Source: a virus
Lineage: Duplodnaviria; Caudoviricetes
Length of the DNA stretch: 64,000 nucleotides
Strand: one strand, 5' to 3'
Virus record (IMG/VR): IMGVR_UViG_2882837327_000001
Location: 21,907 to 85,906 of that record
The position numbers and the translations under genes are program-made. Positions 61,233-64,000 of this stretch are shown piece after piece. Below the pieces are notes generated by a model. It saw only the letters and a list, made by a program, of their open reading frames with translations, searched no databases and was not told the DNA's origin. Numbering within the stretch: the first letter of the stretch is position 1; every line of letters starts with the position of its first letter.

Positions 61233-61790
61233 GCGAACGGCGGTCGAAGTGGTCTGGACGTTACTCGTACTGCCCAGGCTGCTCCCTAGAAAGAAGTTAA
61301 CGGTATTGTTGTAGCCACCGATGGTCGCGCCCAGGATCACGTTGACCAGTGCCACCATGATGGAATCCGCACTCAGCATGATCGCCGTCACGCTGCCGGT
61401 GGCGGAGAGGATGAACACCACGATGGTGCTGATGGCCACGGTATCTCGCATGCGCGTGCTGCCACCCGCACGGACCACCTCCACGTCACGCGACCGGGCA
61501 TCAGCGGTGTTCTGAGCCTCGATCTCCAAGGTGGCGTTGCGCTGCTTCGCCAGCTCCACCTCATTCTCGGCCAGCACCCGCTGAAGCTGAACCCGAAGCT
61601 CCGTCACCGCGCCGGGATTGGTGTCCAGGAAGCGCTGCGCCTCGGCCGGGTCGCTGCTGCCGACAACCTGCTGCACCACGCCGGTCAGGCTCTCGGCCAC
61701 CGCGGCGCCGCGCTCGCCGGCTATCAGCTTGCCGATCCACTCGGCGGCCGAGGGCAGCACTCCCATAAGGAGCGGAAGGAGAGCGAACAT
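61212..61790 (-). CDS. Holin-like membrane protein
   Basis: Follows the endolysin; TM segments and FFLGSSLGS tail typical of 3TM holins. Confidence 0.75.
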   Translation of the reverse strand: MFALLPLLMGVLPSAAEWIGKLIAGERGAAVAESLTGVVQQVVGSSDPAEAQRFLDTNPGAVTELRVQLQRVLAENEVELAKQRNATLEIEAQNTADARSRDVEVVRAGGSTRMRDTVAISTIVVFILSATGSVTAIMLSADSIMVALVNVILGATIGGYNNTVNFFLGSSLGSTSNVQTTSTAVRIRPNPS

Positions 61791-62650
61791 CAGGAGGCCT
61801 CCCCATTAAGCGCGCGCCAGGTGGCTGGCCCGACCACGCCATCCGGGCGCAGGCCCTTGGACTGCTGGAACCGGACCACGGCGGCTTCGGTGGCGCGCCC
61901 GAAGATCCCGTCGATCTGAAGGTGGGACACGCCCAGCTTCGTCTGCACCAGGCGCACCAGCTCGCCCCGGTCGCCCACCTTCAGCATGTCGAAGACGGTG
62001 GTGGCTGCCTGCACGCTGGGCACGGTGTGTTCCGCAGCTTCGCTGATGACGAACCGTTCGTAGGCGCTTTCCAGCTTCTCGTCGTAGCGGTTCACCGCGT
62101 AGCTGGGCCCGTTGTAAGCACGGGCGAAGGCCGCCCAATCCTTGTCGCGGAGCGCGGTGGTCAGCCGATTGGCCTTCACGAATGAGCAGAAGGCCAGCAG
62201 GTGCTCACGCTCGCCCTTCAGCATCGAGGCGACAAAGACCTCCACGGAGGTGAAGCCGGCGGCCTGGAAGTTGCTGCCCAGGATCTGGAACAGACCCCAG
62301 CTCGCGGCGGACAGCGCGGCGCGGCGATCGAGCTCCACGGCGCGCAGCAGCCGGGTGTATTCGGCGGCGCCACCCAGGTAGAGGCCGGTGGTCCAGCTCG
62401 CGCGGCTGATGTCCGGATGTGAGACATTGAAGCGTCCACCGGTCAGCCGGCCGAAGATGTGGGCCTCGAACAGGATCCGGGGGCGCTTGCTGCCATCGGT
62501 CAGGAAGCCGCCGGCGCCGCCGGTCTCAACGGTCAGCACGGCCCGGATCGTCGCCAGGTCCGTCCCGAGGGTGGCAGCGGCCGCTTCGATGTCGGCCCGC
62601 GCCATGGGCGCTGCCGCGCCGGAGAGGGTGAGGAGGGTGCTGTCTGACAT
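61790..62650 (-). CDS. Endolysin: N-acetylmuramidase (DUF3380-like) plus C-terminal peptidoglycan-binding domain
   Basis: VETGG; ILFEAH; SASWGLFQILGSN; FARAYNGP; GDRGELV...DGIFGRAT...FQ...DGVVGPATW. Confidence 0.93.
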   Translation of the reverse strand: MSDSTLLTLSGAAAPMARADIEAAAATLGTDLATIRAVLTVETGGAGGFLTDGSKRPRILFEAHIFGRLTGGRFNVSHPDISRASWTTGLYLGGAAEYTRLLRAVELDRRAALSAASWGLFQILGSNFQAAGFTSVEVFVASMLKGEREHLLAFCSFVKANRLTTALRDKDWAAFARAYNGPSYAVNRYDEKLESAYERFVISEAAEHTVPSVQAATTVFDMLKVGDRGELVRLVQTKLGVSHLQIDGIFGRATEAAVVRFQQSKGLRPDGVVGPATWRALNGEAS

Positions 62651-62674
62651 GGCGGCAGGGTGTCGTCACGACAG
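62651..62674 (-). promoter_or_regulatory. Late-promoter motif copy 13 (62665-62672; ATG 62650 at 14 nt)
   Basis: CTGTCGTGAC GAC A CCC T GCCGCC ATG. Confidence 0.8.
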
Positions 62675-62699
62675 TTCGGGCGGGTGGCCGAGAAGGTAC

Positions 62700-62714
62700 G
62701 TTCGCGATATGTTC
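62700..62714 (+). promoter_or_regulatory. Alphaproteobacterial LexA (SOS) box
   Basis: GTTC-GCGATAT-GTTC, 4 nt before ATG 62719. Confidence 0.75.
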
Positions 62715-62718
62715 TCAT

Positions 62719-62955
62719 ATGGCCGCGGACATGTACCACCCGAAGCCGGTGGATCCCCTCTCCTACCGAATGCGCCTGGTCATCGCCGTGACATGCCCGC
62801 CGCCGTGCCACCACCGCCGGCAGGGCCGGCTGGATGAATGGGTCTGGCGCTTCAACCTGGACCTGTCGATGAAGCTCTATCAGTTCCACGCCAGGCTGAA
62901 ATGCTCGGTCTGCGGCCGGAAAGAGGCTCGCCTGGACTTTCCGCAATGGAGGTGA
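62719..62955 (+). CDS. Small Zn-ribbon protein, probably SOS-inducible
   Basis: CPPPC...CSVC; directly behind the LexA box. Confidence 0.7.
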   Translation: MAADMYHPKPVDPLSYRMRLVIAVTCPPPCHHRRQGRLDEWVWRFNLDLSMKLYQFHARLKCSVCGRKEARLDFPQWR

Positions 62956-62967
62956 GGTAATGGTCTT

Positions 62968-63579
62968 ATGGCATTGCTGCTCAACCTCGGCGCTTTTCTG
63001 ATTTCAGGCGCTTTGGCTGTCGCTTGGTGGCGCTGCCAGTTGGTAGCCAAACGGCGATATGAGGTTGCCGAACAACTGCTCATCGCGGCGGATGCAGCGG
63101 CCAACGGTCTGCGAAATGTGCGCCAATCACGCGCGGACGATTTAGACGCAGCGCGCATTCACCCAAACGGTTTCTCACCGTCGCCCTGGCAAACCTCCAC
63201 GAACAGGCTGCAAGAAGCGGATGAACTCATCAAAAAGCTTCGCCAAGCAACAACTCTCGCGGAATTTCACTTCGGCAGCCAGCTCACGGAGGCCCTTCGA
63301 GACCTTATCGCCATCTACCGCACGCTGGTGGACGCAAACCGCCAGCTCTATTTCGATCATCCTGCCAATAAGATGTATCCGGATCCTGAGCACACGGCAC
63401 GCCGTGCAGAATGGGAGGCCGCAATAGATGCCTTGAAAGGGGACAAACCCGATCTCCAGATCACTGCTGCGATGAAGGAAGCCACGGAAACCTTCGGCCC
63501 GTTGTTGCGCCCCGCACTGCTAAATTATCTTCTACCCTGCATAGAACGCTCGCCAAGAAGAAAGCGCTCTATCGCTTAG
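62968..63579 (+). CDS. Membrane-anchored hypothetical protein (lower GC moron)
   Basis: N-terminal TM segment; 203 aa; GAGG SD. Confidence 0.7.
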   Translation: MALLLNLGAFLISGALAVAWWRCQLVAKRRYEVAEQLLIAADAAANGLRNVRQSRADDLDAARIHPNGFSPSPWQTSTNRLQEADELIKKLRQATTLAEFHFGSQLTEALRDLIAIYRTLVDANRQLYFDHPANKMYPDPEHTARRAEWEAAIDALKGDKPDLQITAAMKEATETFGPLLRPALLNYLLPCIERSPRRKRSIA

Positions 63580-64000
63580 ACTTGGCGCGCTGGGCGTCGT
63601 CATACTCGATGCTGACGCGAGACGTGCCCGCCAGGAAGTCCTCGGCCCGCAGACCAAGGCGGCAATTCGGGCAGCATGGCCGCATCTTTCCACCCCGCCA
63701 GACAGACTCAAGCTCCTTCGCCGCGCGAAGATGCGGCTTGTAGCGGGCCGTCAGATTCCGGATCGCCACCATTCGCGCCCGGAGCTTGGCTAGCGCTCCC
63801 TCCTCCTTCTGGCGGCCCTCCGCCATCGTCAGGAGTGCGGCAAAGGGGGAGACGCTTCGATTGCAGTCGTCGCATTCCAAGGTGCCGAGCTTACCGTCGA
63901 TGGTCATCCGCCTGTGCTCGCACGCTGATTCCGGCCGGTGGTGGCGCCGGTCCATTCGCAGTTGGAAGGCCGCGAAGGAGACAATGTTGTCGTCGGTCAC
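63569..64000 (-). CDS. Zn-binding hypothetical phage protein (start at window edge, may be partial)
   Basis: CEH...CDDC...CPNC. Confidence 0.7.
   Translation of the reverse strand: MTDDNIVSFAAFQLRMDRRHHRPESACEHRRMTIDGKLGTLECDDCNRSVSPFAALLTMAEGRQKEEGALAKLRARMVAIRNLTARYKPHLRAAKELESVWRGGKMRPCCPNCRLGLRAEDFLAGTSRVSIEYDDAQRAKSKR

Larger units (their letters stand above)
1..64000. mobile_element. Tailed contractile phage or prophage segment (Herelleviridae-like structural module, probably alphaproteobacterial host); both ends lie outside the window
   Basis: Continuous terminase-portal-protease-capsid-neck-sheath-tube-tape measure-baseplate-fibre order on the minus strand, lysis genes, and small phage-type ORFs at both edges. 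Confidence 0.95.

Noticed and set aside
61212-62650. Spanin genes next to the lysis cassette
   Set aside because: No lipobox or Rz/Rz1-like pair identified here; they may lie outside the window
3300-62672. Repeated motif read as a CRISPR array, REP element or att site
   Set aside because: Copies are 8-10 bp, kilobases apart, all on one strand and tied to gene starts; no spacers or cas genes
1-64000. Integrase, transposase, rRNA or tRNA genes
   Set aside because: None recognised in the ORF track or by eye

Overview
The whole window is phage DNA: a high-GC (about 68-70% by eye) myovirus or prophage. The host is probably alphaproteobacterial, based on a GTTC-N7-GTTC LexA box at 62700 and a DUF6525-like gene. 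No integrase, replicase, att site or host gene is visible, so prophage, phage-plasmid and free phage cannot be distinguished. The minus strand carries lysis (endolysin, holin), packaging (TerS, TerL, portal), head (gpF-like, protease, scaffold, capsid), neck, contractile tail, baseplate and two tail fibres. Capsid, sheath and tube resemble Twort/phage K (Herelleviridae-type) proteins as I recall them. About 25 kb between portal and protease holds a probable head-packaged payload: a zeta-kinase fusion, a 2034-aa DarB-like MTase-SNF2 protein, a 1788-aa LPD3-SNF2 protein and an Acb1-like 2H phosphoesterase. The same interval holds an early/accessory island. The ORF track does not explain four things. 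(1) Thirteen intergenic copies of GTCGTGAC-N3-A-N3-T, eight of them exactly 14 nt before an ATG (leaderless late mRNAs); most fold back on the downstream AUG, a possible genome-wide translational gate. (2) A second, dispersed family of about 19-bp operator-like sites. (3) A roughly 170-nt multibranch RNA with GCAA-looped hairpins directly behind a GIY-YIG/resolvase-like fusion gene. (4) Recurrent hydrophobic-x-K-[AS] motifs that may be head-maturation or targeting sites. All family assignments come from motifs recognised by eye, not from database searches.
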